Shown in pieces: positions 63,869-64,000 of a stretch of 64,000 nt of DNA. The notes under the pieces were generated by a model. The model did not search any database and was not told the DNA's origin. It saw only the letters and a program-made list of their open reading frames with translations. Source of the DNA: Flavobacteriales bacterium (GTDB lineage: Bacteria > Bacteroidota > Bacteroidia > Flavobacteriales_F > PHOS-HE28); contig CP129489.1 of NCBI GenBank assembly GCA_030584065.1, forward strand, positions 130,797 through 194,796, written 5' to 3'. Position numbers and translations under genes: made by a program. Position 1 is the stretch's first letter; every line of letters starts with the position of its first letter.

Positions 63869-64000
63869 ATGAGAACCCTCCTCCGCCTTGAAGAGCTCGT
63901 GCAATTCCTGGGCTGCGCACTCGCGCTGTATGCGGCCGAACTGCCGTGGTGGACCTACGCCCTGTTGCTCCTCGGCCCCGACATCGGCATGCTGGGCTAC
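63869..64000 (+). CDS. DUF4260-family membrane protein (5' partial, runs off the window)
   Basis: MRTLLRLEELVQFLGCALALYAAELPWWTYALLLLGPDIGMLGY matches the DUF4260 N-terminal pattern from memory. Confidence 0.65.
   Translation, partial: MRTLLRLEELVQFLGCALALYAAELPWWTYALLLLGPDIGMLGY

Overview
Dense, high-G+C chromosomal segment that reads like a Bacteroidota genome. Eight predicted proteins end in a type-A T9SS C-terminal sorting domain (CTD), and TAnnTTTG-like -7 boxes sit a few nt upstream of several start codons. I call 48 CDS (one partial) and found no rRNA, tRNA, CRISPR array, transposase or integrase. Because of the G+C content almost every real gene is shadowed by a long antisense or off-frame ORF. 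I chose frames by recognisable catalytic motifs, signal peptides, CTDs and ATGA/GTGA start-stop coupling.

Content by region:
- 0.1-4.1 kb: a TerB-like/ABC fused transporter, interlocked at its stop codon with an orphan SiaB/SiaC partner-switch pair.
- 5.8-10.4 kb: a six-gene translationally coupled membrane-protein operon with a winged-helix regulator and a palindromic operator.
- 15.5-24 kb: envelope glycosylation and cell-wall genes (GNAT, GtrB-like GT2, a polytopic membrane protein, two L,D-transpeptidase families, GT4, an epimerase).
- 29.4-35.3 kb: a PatA/PatB/Ape-like peptidoglycan O-acetylation operon led by a LysM lytic transglycosylase.
- 35.3-39.4 kb: a more A/T-rich island (by eye), with a 600-nt non-coding region carrying (CT)14, followed by two T9SS cargo genes. 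One places a tail-fibre S74 autoprocessing domain in front of its CTD.
- 43.9-57 kb: a propeller-type histidine kinase/LuxR pair next to a roughly 1560-aa secreted protein built from seven tandem cysteine-framed modules, plus a divergent lipoprotein / alpha-toroid / MBL operon.
- 57-61.7 kb: a T9SS-exported cupredoxin, a stand-alone PycTM (Pycsar-effector-like) membrane protein, and a DUF1800/DUF1501 pair in which DUF1501 carries both a twin-arginine signal and a T9SS CTD.

Three sets of short tandem 7-8-nt arrays occur. Two of them form inverted (MITE-like) arrays, one lying in frame inside the GT4 gene.

All family names and accessions are from memory and from motif reading only. No searches or computations were run.
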